Shown piece after piece: positions 17,618 to 26,837 of a stretch of DNA of 64,000 nt; position 1 is the stretch's first letter; each line of letters opens with the position of its first letter. A model generated the notes under the pieces. The model saw only the letters and a program-made list of their open reading frames with translations, searched no databases and was not told where the DNA came from. Origin of the DNA: a virus (Duplodnaviria; Caudoviricetes); the IMG/VR virus record IMGVR_UViG_3300005336_000019, positions 12,513 through 76,512 of that record. One strand, 5' to 3'. Both the position numbers and the translations under genes were made by a program.

Positions 17618-18151
17618 ATGAATCAGGCACAACAGCAGGAAGCGGAGATCTTCGACGTTGACGGCACCCTGTGCGACGTCAGCAGCGTGCGCCACTACGT
17701 CACTCCTCCGAACCGCGACTTCCACTCCTTCCACATGGCTTCCGCCTTCTGCCCGCCACACCCCGAGGTAGTCGAGCGGGTGCACGAGGCCAAGGCGAAA
17801 GGCCGGGCCGTCCTCGTAGTGACCGCCCGCATGGCCCGGTACCGGACCCTCACCCGGAAGTGGCTGGAGAGCTGCCAGATCCCGTTCGACAGCATCTGGA
17901 CGCGGGCGAACGACGACTTCCGCAAGGACGCGATCGTGAAGCGGGAGATCCTGGCGAAGATCCGGGCCAACGGGTTCGTCGTGATGAAGGCGCACGACGA
18001 CAACCCGGCCGTGGTCGAGGTCTGGGAGGACGAGGGGATCGAGACCAAGATCGTGCCCGGCTGGGACGATCAGTTCACTGGCCTCCTGCTGCCGCAGGAC
18101 GGCTTGACCGTGGTCAGGGAGTCTGACCGCATCGGAAAGGGAGAGAAGTGA
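17618..18151 (+). CDS. HAD-family phosphatase, like the polynucleotide kinase 3'-phosphatase domain
   Basis: IFDVDGTL, VVTAR, R..D...K, HDDNP motifs. Confidence 0.9.
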   Translation: MNQAQQQEAEIFDVDGTLCDVSSVRHYVTPPNRDFHSFHMASAFCPPHPEVVERVHEAKAKGRAVLVVTARMARYRTLTRKWLESCQIPFDSIWTRANDDFRKDAIVKREILAKIRANGFVVMKAHDDNPAVVEVWEDEGIETKIVPGWDDQFTGLLLPQDGLTVVRESDRIGKGEK

Positions 18152-18414
18152 CCATCAAGATCAAGCCGCTGGGCAAGCGGCCCGACTACTTCGACGGCGA
18201 GTTCGAGGCGACCGAGATCCGCCACGAGCCCTACGACTGGGACGTCTGGCCGACCGGCCCCGTCTTCCCAGAGGGGCACATCTTCCAGGACAAGGACGGC
18301 AACGCCTACGAGATCGTCGTCCCCCGTACCGTCCAGGAGTCCAGGCCCGCCCACTCCGTCCGGTACGTCCACGTCTACCTGTGCCGCCCGGCCGACCCGA
18401 AGGACGCCGTCTGA
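18148..18414 (+). CDS. hypothetical protein
   Basis: GTGA coupling. Confidence 0.75.
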   Translation: MTIKIKPLGKRPDYFDGEFEATEIRHEPYDWDVWPTGPVFPEGHIFQDKDGNAYEIVVPRTVQESRPAHSVRYVHVYLCRPADPKDAV

Positions 18415-18905
18415 TGCTCTCCGTCACCGACGTGCTGACCCTCATGGCCGAGGGCAAGCCGCTCCCGCAGCAGGAGTTCCCCGACATCACCCAGGAGCAG
18501 ATCGACGACCTCCAGGAGTTCGAACCCGCCCTGCTGAACCGGCTGATCGAGTCGGAGCAGGGCGGCGAGGAGTCCGTCGATACCGTCCTGGCCGAACTCC
18601 AGCAGAAGGTGGACCAGCACGGCTGGTACCCGGTGGTCGCCACTCTCTGCTGGCAGTTCGCGCACCGGTACCACGAGGACATGGTGCCGGTGAACCTCCA
18701 GCTCTCCGACGGCACGGTGGGACTGCTGAAGATGCTCCCCATCGCCAGCCGGGCAGAGGAGAAGGACGAGGGTGCCTGGACGATTCCGTTCGCCATGCTG
18801 GCCAGCCTGGGCGAGGAGGAGGCTCTGGCGTTCACCGTCGGCGCCGCCATGTGCGCGGCCGTCGGATTCATCCAGTCCACCCTGGAAGAGGAGGCCCGAG
18901 GGTGA
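18414..18905 (+). CDS. hypothetical protein
   Basis: TGATG coupling. Confidence 0.8.
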   Translation: MLSVTDVLTLMAEGKPLPQQEFPDITQEQIDDLQEFEPALLNRLIESEQGGEESVDTVLAELQQKVDQHGWYPVVATLCWQFAHRYHEDMVPVNLQLSDGTVGLLKMLPIASRAEEKDEGAWTIPFAMLASLGEEEALAFTVGAAMCAAVGFIQSTLEEEARG

Positions 18906-19327
18906 GCACCGACGACATCTACCTCTGCCCGACCTGCGGAAAGCCGTTCGACAAGAGCGACCGGCTCTTCGATTTCGCCATCGCGGCGCACGAGAAGGAC
19001 CACACGCCGCAGCGGAACAACCCGGCGAACATGATCCGCTGGAACGAGGACGGCCTGATGTGGTGCTGCGTCCTGTGCGGTGCACCGATGCACATCGGCG
19101 AGTACACAGCCCGCCAGATGATCATCGGTCACTGCCGGGTGGTGCACGACTCCGTGACCGCAGGCTCTTCTTCCGCCCCCGTTACGGCCGGGGGCGGCCG
19201 GAGTTCCAGCGGCTCGCGCGGGTTCGGCGAGGCGGTCGGCGACATCGTCGAGGACTGCGCCGAGGGAATCGGCAAGGTCTTCAAGGCCATCGGGGAAGCT
19301 GTCGGCGACGCCTTCTCCGGCAACTAG
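18902..19327 (+). CDS. C2H2-like zinc-finger protein
   Basis: CPTC...HEKDH and CVLC...HCRVVH. Confidence 0.75.
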   Translation: MSTDDIYLCPTCGKPFDKSDRLFDFAIAAHEKDHTPQRNNPANMIRWNEDGLMWCCVLCGAPMHIGEYTARQMIIGHCRVVHDSVTAGSSSAPVTAGGGRSSSGSRGFGEAVGDIVEDCAEGIGKVFKAIGEAVGDAFSGN

Positions 19328-19427
19328 CCGGAGAACATCCGGATGGCGGCCGTCTCGACCATCGTCTTGACGGCCGCCACCTCGATCGTGTTCTATGTAG
19401 TCACACACCCGGAAAGGTGAGAGAAAA

Positions 19428-20540
19428 GTGGCGCGAGAAGAGAACCTTTCGACCATCGAGAGGATGCTGGGATTCGAGTTCGTCTCGGACCCCCGCAAGG
19501 CGCGGTTCCCGATCCCGGAGACGCCGCAGGAGTACCTGAAGAAGAACCCCGAGCGGCCCTACCCGCACCCGTCCATGAAGATCACCCCCGAGATGGCGCG
19601 CGACGTCCTCAAGTACCGGGTGATCCGCGTCGAGCGGATGCCGCGCGAGCTGCGTCACCCCGAGGTCACGGCCAACCGCCGCTTCCTCATCACGACGCTC
19701 AACGGCACCAAGAAGAACAAGGGCCTCGTCTCCATCGTTGCCGACGGCGGCTGGGACGACCGGATCTCCACCTCCGTGGTCTTCACGGAGGACGGCTTCC
19801 TGCTCGACGGCCAGCACCGGTTCGCCGCCTGCGCCCTGTCGGGCAAGACGATCGAGGTCCCGGTCACCACGAACGGCCAGTGGGGCACCTTCTCCGTGCT
19901 CGACACGGGCCGTGGCCGCAACGCCGGTCAGCTCCTCGGTGACATCCCCTACCCGGACCAGTCGGCCGCCGCCGCCAAGCTCATCCTCCCGGTCATCCGG
20001 GGCACCGAGCGCACCGAGTGGACCGTCGCCGACGCCAGCAACCAGGAGATCTACGAGCTGGTCCACGGCTGGCCCTTCTTCCACGAGACGTGGGAGGGCT
20101 CCGGCTCCTGGATGAAGCACGTGCTCCAGGCGGCGGCCAGCCGGATCCCGCCGAGCGCCCTGGCGGCCTCCGTCATGATGGCGCTGGCGGCCGGTGCGAA
20201 CGCCTCGCACGTCCAGGAGTTCCTGAACGGCCTGAAGCCGGGCTACCGCGACGGCTTCCCCCGGATCGGGCCCAAGGGCGAGGACCCGCGTCACCTGCTG
20301 CGCCGCCAGTACATGAACAAGGGCAACCGGAAGCCCACCGACAAGGACCGCCGCGACCAGGTCAGTCACGTCCGCAAGGCGATGGACGTCTGGCTGGAGT
20401 GGAGGGCCCACGAGGAGGGTGACCCGAAGGCGAAGGTCGTCGAGCTGCTGAAGCTCCAGGCCGCCGCCGAGAACGCCGACCTGCCCGAGGTCTGGCACGC
20501 CGACGCCGTTCGTCAGTTCCACAGCGAGAGGGTTTCCTGA
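19428..20540 (+). CDS. ParB/Srx-like DGQHR-motif protein
   Basis: ITPEMA, NRR, GFLLDGQHRFAA, FSVLDTGRGR. Confidence 0.8.
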   Translation: MAREENLSTIERMLGFEFVSDPRKARFPIPETPQEYLKKNPERPYPHPSMKITPEMARDVLKYRVIRVERMPRELRHPEVTANRRFLITTLNGTKKNKGLVSIVADGGWDDRISTSVVFTEDGFLLDGQHRFAACALSGKTIEVPVTTNGQWGTFSVLDTGRGRNAGQLLGDIPYPDQSAAAAKLILPVIRGTERTEWTVADASNQEIYELVHGWPFFHETWEGSGSWMKHVLQAAASRIPPSALAASVMMALAAGANASHVQEFLNGLKPGYRDGFPRIGPKGEDPRHLLRRQYMNKGNRKPTDKDRRDQVSHVRKAMDVWLEWRAHEEGDPKAKVVELLKLQAAAENADLPEVWHADAVRQFHSERVS

Positions 20541-20542
20541 AC

Positions 20543-20953
20543 ATGGCCGAGATCTGGCTGCGTCCCGAGTTCCAGGGGCGCGAGAAGGAGCTGGAGACCC
20601 GGGTCGACTTCGAGCGGCGTACGGGCATCTCCGCCCAGTCCCTGTCCTCCAAGTTCTCCAACTACGCCGACCGGCTGCCGAAGCTGGTCAAGCGCAACGG
20701 CAAGCTGAAGTACTTCGTCGCCGTCGAACTCGACGAGTTCGTGGGCTGGATCGAGGCTCACGCGGGCACCCGCTCCGAGGCTGACGTCCGCCGTGCCGAA
20801 CTGGCCCGGGTCCAGAACGCGATCGAGGACACGATGGAGCGGGTCGCCGACCGGCAGCGCGACCTCGACAAGGCGAAGCGCGACCTGGCCAAGTACCAGC
20901 GCCAGGCGAAGACCCTGAAGTCCGACATCGAGTTCCTGGACCAGGTCGAGTAA
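20543..20953 (+). CDS. putative HTH DNA-binding protein with C-terminal coiled coil
   Basis: DFERRTGISAQSLS; heptad-rich C-terminus. Confidence 0.65.
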   Translation: MAEIWLRPEFQGREKELETRVDFERRTGISAQSLSSKFSNYADRLPKLVKRNGKLKYFVAVELDEFVGWIEAHAGTRSEADVRRAELARVQNAIEDTMERVADRQRDLDKAKRDLAKYQRQAKTLKSDIEFLDQVE

Positions 20954-20996
20954 CACCGCAGAATCCGGCCGCTTTTCGGTGGCTGGCGAGCAGCGA

Positions 20997-21022
20997 GAGA
21001 GGGCCCTCCGGGGCCCTCTTTT
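20997..21022 (+). terminator. intrinsic terminator
   Basis: GAGAGGGCCC-TCCG-GGGCCCTCTTTT. Confidence 0.75.
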
Positions 21023-21057
21023 CGTGGTACCGTATTGCTCAAGGGAAGGAGAATACC

Positions 21058-21258
21058 GTGGAGTTCACGGTCGAGGTATTCGACTACGGACGGTATGGCT
21101 GCACGGTGAAGGAGCCCCGCACGGGGCTCTCTGGTGAGGGTGACACCAAGGAAGAAGCGATGGACGATCTCCGGAGGAAACTCTGGAGCCACATCGAGTA
21201 CGACTTCGTCCCGCCCGAAGAGGGTCCGACCCGCAGCATCGAGAAGATCACCATCTGA
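21058..21258 (+). CDS. HicB-like antitoxin N-terminal domain protein (orphan)
   Basis: YGCTV...GLSGEGDTKEEAMDDLR. Confidence 0.65.
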   Translation: MEFTVEVFDYGRYGCTVKEPRTGLSGEGDTKEEAMDDLRRKLWSHIEYDFVPPEEGPTRSIEKITI

Positions 21259-21269
21259 AGGAGACCGTC

Positions 21270-21557
21270 GTGTACACCCTGGTCAGGCACAACCTCTGGA
21301 CGATCGAGTGCTTCCCCCGCTTCCGGCGGGGGCTGGAGCCGCTGCTCATCAGTCCGATGACAGCACGGCGTGTGCGCGAGGAGGGCGGGGTCCTCTTCTC
21401 CACTCCGGAGGAGGCATGGGACGCGGCTGAGGGGTTCATGTACCCGGCCGGGGACACGACGGTTCCGGCCAATCCGGTCGGATCTTTCAAGGACATCTTC
21501 TTCCTGCGCCAGCCGCTTTTCGTTCCGGAATTTTCCGGCGATCTCATCGCGGCATAG
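21270..21557 (+). CDS. hypothetical protein
   Basis: RBS AAGGAG. Confidence 0.7.
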   Translation: MYTLVRHNLWTIECFPRFRRGLEPLLISPMTARRVREEGGVLFSTPEEAWDAAEGFMYPAGDTTVPANPVGSFKDIFFLRQPLFVPEFSGDLIAA

Positions 21558-21625
21558 GCTGGGTGCAGGTGCAGGTCAACGCGGGTAACATCCTGCACTG
21601 TTTCCGGCAGTGAGGGAGTTGAGCA

Positions 21626-22096
21626 ATGGCACGCGTTCACGGTGTGTATCTGAGGAAGCCTCCGAAGGGTCCATCGTCCTACACCTCGAAGGAAGCGGCA
21701 CTGGCCGCTTCGCCCACCCTGGTCGTGCCGGATGCGGCCTTCCCGAAGAACAAGGTCGAGTCGGTCAGGAACGCGGCCTTCCGGGTGAACTCGGGAGGCC
21801 GTGGCGACTGGTCGCCGGGGCAGTTCTTCGCGATCTGGGACTACGCACAGGATGTCGTCCTGCGCGTACGCCGGGACGAGGACGGTGACGGCCCGGTCGA
21901 GGTCATCGGCTTCGTCAAGGAGGGCGAGGTCATCGGGAGCACCGGGGAATCCGTCGGCTCCCTGGAGGCGGTCCTGAAGGAAGAGGACGTCGAGACCGGC
22001 GGGTGGGTGCTGCTGATCGGCATCCACCCGAACGTGCCCGAGGGCTGGGAAGAAGTGGTGAGCGCTCCGGGCAGCCGGAAGCGCAAGAAGAGCTGA
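21626..22096 (+). CDS. hypothetical protein
   Basis: RBS GAGGGAG. Confidence 0.8.
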   Translation: MARVHGVYLRKPPKGPSSYTSKEAALAASPTLVVPDAAFPKNKVESVRNAAFRVNSGGRGDWSPGQFFAIWDYAQDVVLRVRRDEDGDGPVEVIGFVKEGEVIGSTGESVGSLEAVLKEEDVETGGWVLLIGIHPNVPEGWEEVVSAPGSRKRKKS

Positions 22097-22138
22097 AGGG
22101 CGGGGCCTCGCACGGCCCCGCCACGGAAGGGAGACAGG

Positions 22139-22303
22139 GTGGAAACGCGCGTCGTGATCAGGGACAACCTGACCGAGAAGACGATCGAGCTGATCGCGGA
22201 TCTCAGCCCCGAGGATGTCGGGCTGATCAACGGAATCGGCGAGCGGGTGGCGCAGGGAACCGGCTGGGATGTGACGGTCCTGGCGGTTGAGGCGGAGAAG
22301 TGA
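22139..22303 (+). CDS. small hypothetical protein (54 aa)
   Basis: RBS CGGAAGGGAG, GTGA overlap. Confidence 0.65.
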   Translation: METRVVIRDNLTEKTIELIADLSPEDVGLINGIGERVAQGTGWDVTVLAVEAEK

Positions 22304-22809
22304 GCCTCGATCCTCACGAGCTGGGATGGCACGAGTTCTGGCTGAGGATCGGGGTGATCTTCTTCATTCTGCTGCTCCTGCTGCTGGCCGTTCTGGTCGT
22401 GGGCCGGATCCTGCTGACCGCCTATGACCTGGCCCACTGGGTGAAGAGGAAGATCCACGGGGAGGAAGAAGAGATGTCGCCTGTGCGCATGCACCGAGCC
22501 CTGCTGAGCCTGATCCCGGTCTCGCGCCGGAACCAGGCGGAGAAGCTGCTGAGGGGGCTCCTGGCGGCCGACGAGAGCGGTCGTGAGGTGTTCGTTGCGG
22601 AGTACGACGGCCAGCCCGCCAGCGTCCACGTGAGCGCCGAGGCGGCGATGTCCGCCTGCGCCCGGCACCTGTCGGCCGAGCCCGGTCCGGATGTCCCGTG
22701 GGACTGGTTCGAGGACGAGTACGGCTGGGTGATGCGGCGGATCGATCTCGACACCGACAAGCCGCTCAGCCTGCTGGGCGGCAAGGTGACCCGGACTGAG
22801 GTCGAGTGA
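22300..22809 (+). CDS. membrane-anchored hypothetical protein
   Basis: N-terminal hydrophobic helix. Confidence 0.75.
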   Translation: MSLDPHELGWHEFWLRIGVIFFILLLLLLAVLVVGRILLTAYDLAHWVKRKIHGEEEEMSPVRMHRALLSLIPVSRRNQAEKLLRGLLAADESGREVFVAEYDGQPASVHVSAEAAMSACARHLSAEPGPDVPWDWFEDEYGWVMRRIDLDTDKPLSLLGGKVTRTEVE

Positions 22810-22891
22810 GGGAAGTTCTGAGCTAGGCATGAGGTTCAACTTCGCCTCATCGCAGTAGAGTTGAAGAACGCCAACGGGAAGAGAGAAGAAC

Positions 22892-23226
22892 GTGAACGGC
22901 ATGAAGAAGATCGCCACGGTCACCGGCTCGGCAGCCCTTGCCCTGGCCCTGCTGACGGGCTGCGGCTCCAACGACAAGCGCGACGTCGAGGGCGTGAAGT
23001 CGATGGACCCCGACTACATCGAGGTCTACAACAACACCGACGGCCGCCCGAACGTGGTCCTGCTCTGCATCCGGGGCGTCGGCTTCGCGTCGGCTTCGCC
23101 TCGACCACGCGCGACTACACGTCCCTCATGCCCATCGAGAAGTGGGACGACTTCTGCAAGACGAAGATGAAGGAGCGTTCGGTCCAGGACGACCAGCGCG
23201 GCGAGAACGGCAACGGCCCGAGCTGA
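22892..23226 (+). pseudogene. Lipoprotein gene frameshifted by an 11-bp tandem duplication
   Basis: Lipobox LLTG-C; GTCGGCTTCGC x2 at 23078-23099; removing one copy gives GVGFASTTRDYTSLM... to 23226. Confidence 0.8.
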
Positions 23227-23242
23227 CCGGCCAGCAGGCACT

Positions 23243-23276
23243 GAGAAGGGGCGTCCCGCAAGGGGCGCCCCTTCTC
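23243..23276. terminator. bidirectional terminator between convergent genes
   Basis: GAGAAGGGGCGTCCC-GCAA-GGGGCGCCCCTTCTC. Confidence 0.75.
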
Positions 23277-23292
23277 TGCGTTCCGGCTCCGC

Positions 23293-23583
23293 TCAGACGC
23301 CGTGCACCGACAGGCCGGGAACCCAGAACCGGGTGTCCCCCGTCTCGGTGTGCTGGAGCTGCACACGATCGGCCAGCATCAGCAGGTCGTCCGCGTGCCG
23401 GTACTGCACGGCCAGCGCCACCAGGAAGGCGCTGTACTCCCGGACGTCGGCCTCCAGGTAGAGGCAGTCCGCCCCGTTGTCGGGGTGCGGCCCCCGCTTC
23501 AGCCCGCGCCACGTCAGGTTGGCGAAGGTCAGGGCGCGGCCGACTGCATCCCGGCTGAGGCTTATCCGCGTATCCGAGTCCAC
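23293..23583 (-). CDS. hypothetical protein
   Basis: RBS GAGGGGG, high GC3 on minus. Confidence 0.75.
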   Translation of the reverse strand: MDSDTRISLSRDAVGRALTFANLTWRGLKRGPHPDNGADCLYLEADVREYSAFLVALAVQYRHADDLLMLADRVQLQHTETGDTRFWVPGLSVHGV

Positions 23584-23663
23584 TTTTTACCCCCTCGTTT
23601 CTCCTCTTTTCCTGCCTGTATTCTACCCCTATCCCCTGGTCAGAGCGATAGAAGAGGTTCAAG

Positions 23664-23909
23664 TTGCAACCGCTGAACGTGGTGGAGCAGGAGTTCGAAG
23701 GGGCTGCGATGATGGTGGCAGTCCCCCAGACCGGCACCTTTCTTCAGGATCCCCACGTGCCCATGCCGTCGCCCCTGCGCGCCCTCCTGTATGCCACCAT
23801 CGCCACCCTCCTCGCCGTCTCCCTGTACGTATGCGTCGAGGCGGCCGTCATGATCTACGACTTCTACCAGATCATCCAGTGGTTGGGGGCGCTTGCGGAG
23901 CATCCCTGA
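23664..23909 (+). CDS. small membrane protein
   Basis: Hydrophobic segment; start uncertain. Confidence 0.6.
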   Translation: MQPLNVVEQEFEGAAMMVAVPQTGTFLQDPHVPMPSPLRALLYATIATLLAVSLYVCVEAAVMIYDFYQIIQWLGALAEHP

Positions 23910-23943
23910 GACACTGCCCGTACGAATCGAAGGGGAGGTCGAG

Positions 23944-24120
23944 ATGACCACGCAAGCCAGCTCCAGCGGGTGCAGCAGCACCACGACCGGGATCCGTGGA
24001 TCCCTCACCGGCCGCGTCGCCCGCGAACCGGTGCGGAACTACTGGCCGGATCACGACATGACCCCGAGGACCGACTTCATCAGCGAGCGGAACCGCACCG
24101 CTTTGATGTGGCGACTCTGA
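23944..24120 (+). CDS. small hypothetical protein
   Basis: RBS GGAGG. Confidence 0.55.
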   Translation: MTTQASSSGCSSTTTGIRGSLTGRVAREPVRNYWPDHDMTPRTDFISERNRTALMWRL

Positions 24121-24174
24121 CACCCTTTTCCCGGTAGGATTTCCCCAGGAAAACGGAGAAGAGGGGACCGGGAA

Positions 24175-24693
24175 ATGTCGAAGTGGCCTCAGCCTCACGA
24201 GGGCGTCACCGGAATCAAGCGGACCCGGGACGATCTGCTCGCCCTCGACGAGGCCGCCATGCAGCGGCGGGTGGTGATCCTTCAGATCGCCACCGAGCTG
24301 TGGAGAGCGGCGCTGAACGGCGCCCACACCGAGAGCGGCCGGGAGCTGTACGAGCGGATGGCAAATCCCCGGATGGGTGATCTCGTGGTCGAGACCGTCG
24401 GCATGCGAACGCCGCTCGGCCGGGACTCCGACGGCGATGCACGGGCAGTCACCTGCTTCGGCATTCTGCTGGGCCAGCGCACCGAGTGGTCATGCACCGA
24501 TGAAAAGTGGCGCGAGTACCAGGCGGAGGCGGAGGCGGAGGGCTACACCCTGGCCGACGCCGACCGGATCACTGACGAGGGCGCCTACGTGCAGTACGGC
24601 CCGGAACCGCAGGACATCTGCCGCTGGGCGAACTGCTCCCTCATCGCGCTACCGACCGGCATGCTCTACCACACGGCCGACCAGAACCCCTGA
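24175..24693 (+). CDS. hypothetical protein
   Basis: High GC3. Confidence 0.8.
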   Translation: MSKWPQPHEGVTGIKRTRDDLLALDEAAMQRRVVILQIATELWRAALNGAHTESGRELYERMANPRMGDLVVETVGMRTPLGRDSDGDARAVTCFGILLGQRTEWSCTDEKWREYQAEAEAEGYTLADADRITDEGAYVQYGPEPQDICRWANCSLIALPTGMLYHTADQNP

Positions 24694-24801
24694 GTTCTTC
24701 CCGGCTGTTCGGACTCTTCCGGATCTCTTGCCCGGCGGACCGGGCGGGCGCAATGATGGATCTGCTCACGAGGCGCCTGCGGTGACCCGGACGGCCCTCC
24801 A

Positions 24802-24851
24802 GAACCCCGCTGCCCGGCCTTGCCCGGCCGACTTCACCGGCAGCGGGGTTC
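24802..24851. terminator. long hairpin between convergent genes
   Basis: GAACCCCGCTGCC...GGCAGCGGGGTTC. Confidence 0.6.
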
Positions 24852-24858
24852 GCCCATC

Positions 24859-25623
24859 TCAGCTCACGTCCATGTTCGGGTACTTCTTCTTCACGGCCGC
24901 CTTCACTTTGGCCTCTTCGCCTTCCTTGCCGAACTGCTTCACGCGGGCGAGCGCGGCACGGGCCCGAGCGGGCGTGTCGATGGGGTACCGGCGGCCCGGC
25001 AGGGCGAAGTCGGAGGAGTCCAGGGCGTTGCGCTTCTTGGCGTCGAGAGGGGCTTCCTGAAGGTCGCTCTCCCCCATGTAGCTGTACTCGTCCTCGTCGG
25101 GGTCGCCGTATTCGTAGTCGTCGACCGGCTGCACCTCCATCGGGTCGCCGTACTGGTCCTCGATCGCCTGCTGAAGATCGTCGAGGGTGTCGCCGTCCAC
25201 GAACTGGCTCAGCACGGCGAGCGCCATGCGCGCGTCCTCCTCGCAGGGGAAGGCGCTCATGTTCTCGCGCACGAACTCGGCGGCTGCCTCCTTCTGCTCC
25301 TCCTCGTCGCCCTCGCCCTTCTTCTGGAGCCACGGGGGCAGCGCTTCGAGCAGGCCGGACTTCTCCAGGGTGGCGCGCGGCCGGATCTGCGGGCTCGTCG
25401 CCTCCTGTGCCGTCTCCCAGGGCCGCTGCGACTCGTCCATGCCGCGCTTGCGGTTGGCCGTGCCGCCGGGGTAGTCGGCCTCCTGCTGGGTCCGGAAGCC
25501 GATGCCGTTCCGGGTGAACCTCTTGTCCTTCACCGCCGTGCGCAGACCCATCGGCATGTCCGAACTGGCCGCCTCGCTCAGGCCGGTCGTCTTCAGGCTG
25601 TGACTGTCGTATCCGTTGGCCAC
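24859..25623 (-). CDS. Acidic protein with C-terminal DUF6582-like domain
   Basis: LDAKKRNALDSSDFALPGRRYPIDTPARARAALAR. Confidence 0.75.
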   Translation of the reverse strand: MANGYDSHSLKTTGLSEAASSDMPMGLRTAVKDKRFTRNGIGFRTQQEADYPGGTANRKRGMDESQRPWETAQEATSPQIRPRATLEKSGLLEALPPWLQKKGEGDEEEQKEAAAEFVRENMSAFPCEEDARMALAVLSQFVDGDTLDDLQQAIEDQYGDPMEVQPVDDYEYGDPDEDEYSYMGESDLQEAPLDAKKRNALDSSDFALPGRRYPIDTPARARAALARVKQFGKEGEEAKVKAAVKKKYPNMDVS

Positions 25624-25738
25624 TGCTCCACCTCATTTCCGGGCGTGCCCGTATCAGCAAGAGCGTATCCGTGGGAACGGCGAACGGCCCGCCTCCAGGG
25701 TCTGGGGAGACGGGCCGTTCTGTCCTGCGCGGTGTAGG

Positions 25739-26455
25739 TCAGGCGTTCTGCGCGGCGTTCCCGGCAGCGACGGCGGCGTTGATGAACGCCTCCACGTTGC
25801 CGTGCTCGACGTTCACGCGGGCCTTGCGCTTGCGCAGCTCCCACGTGGTGGTCGGGCGGCCGGAGCCGTCGAGGACCCGGTCGAGGACGCAGACGATCAC
25901 GCAGTTCTCGCGGCCGACCAGCGAGGGACGGATGCAGAACTGCTTGTTGTTGGCCGTGGGCTCGCCGTCGTAGACGGTGAACAGGACGTTGCTCGCGCCC
26001 TGGAAGCCCTGGTCCTTCATCGCCTTGTTCTTCTTCTTGAACGCGGCGACCTGGACCACGATGCGGTGGAACTCGGCGGGGATCTGGTCGAGGTGCAGGA
26101 TCACGGCCTCGTCGTCGCCGTCCTGGGCCTCGGCCCCGGTGATGGCGTCACCCGTGTGCCGCACCGAGCCGTCGCCGGGCTGGCCGTGCAGGGGGTTCTT
26201 GTAGTTCTCGTCCCAGCCGACGCAGAGGGTGACCGGGTCGTTGTCCTGGAAGAGGACGGCGGCGGCGTCGAGGTCCGCGCCCGCCTTCTTCGAGGCTCGG
26301 CCGAAGATGCCTCCACGGCCCTTGGTGCTGGCGTCCCACGCGGCGCCGACCGAGATGGTTCCGGTGACCTGGGCGACGTCGTCCATGCCCAGTACGGGCA
26401 GTCCCGCCGGGGCGAGCTGCGCGTCCGACAGGGTTTCCTTGGTCATGTCCGCCAT
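25739..26455 (-). CDS. TerD/TerZ-family protein
   Basis: VGAAWD, ADLDAAAV, HTGDAITG, DDEAVILHLDQIP. Confidence 0.9.
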   Translation of the reverse strand: MADMTKETLSDAQLAPAGLPVLGMDDVAQVTGTISVGAAWDASTKGRGGIFGRASKKAGADLDAAAVLFQDNDPVTLCVGWDENYKNPLHGQPGDGSVRHTGDAITGAEAQDGDDEAVILHLDQIPAEFHRIVVQVAAFKKKNKAMKDQGFQGASNVLFTVYDGEPTANNKQFCIRPSLVGRENCVIVCVLDRVLDGSGRPTTTWELRKRKARVNVEHGNVEAFINAAVAAGNAAQNA

Positions 26456-26610
26456 TACTTGGTCCTCCCGACCCGGAAACCGTTCAGGGTGCCGTCGTTG
26501 TCGGGCCCCTTGCCCCGGTCACCCGCCGGGATACCGCTGCTGCCGTTGCCGGACCCGCTGGATCCGGAACCGCCGGAGCTGCCACTTCCGTTCTGGAATT
26601 CGAGCGTCAC
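26455..26610 (-). CDS. 51-aa Gly/Ser-rich peptide (not in ORF track)
   Basis: RBS GAGGAAAGGGAAG, GTG; TAATG overlap with terD. Confidence 0.7.
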   Translation of the reverse strand: MTLEFQNGSGSSGGSGSSGSGNGSSGIPAGDRGKGPDNDGTLNGFRVGRTK

Positions 26611-26651
26611 GCTCTTCCCTTTCCTCGGCTTATTCTGCCGTTTTTCCGTTG

Positions 26652-26692
26652 CTGCCTAGGCCAGTCTATCCACATCAACATGTTTGCCGCAA
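26652..26692 (-). promoter_or_regulatory. Promoter TTGCGG-18-TAGACT abutting box TGGCCTAGGCAG
   Basis: Same -10/box register as 2485 and 12268, on minus strand. Confidence 0.7.
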
Positions 26693-26837
26693 GCTCGTCT
26701 TGGCGATCTGCATCACAGAGAGTTCTATGGTTTCACGTCATTCGGTGAACGATGAACCGAGAGTGACACGTGCAGGTCAACGGCGATATGATGCCTATCA
26801 TGATCCCCGTGCTCCGGGGACAAGGAAGGGAGAGAAC

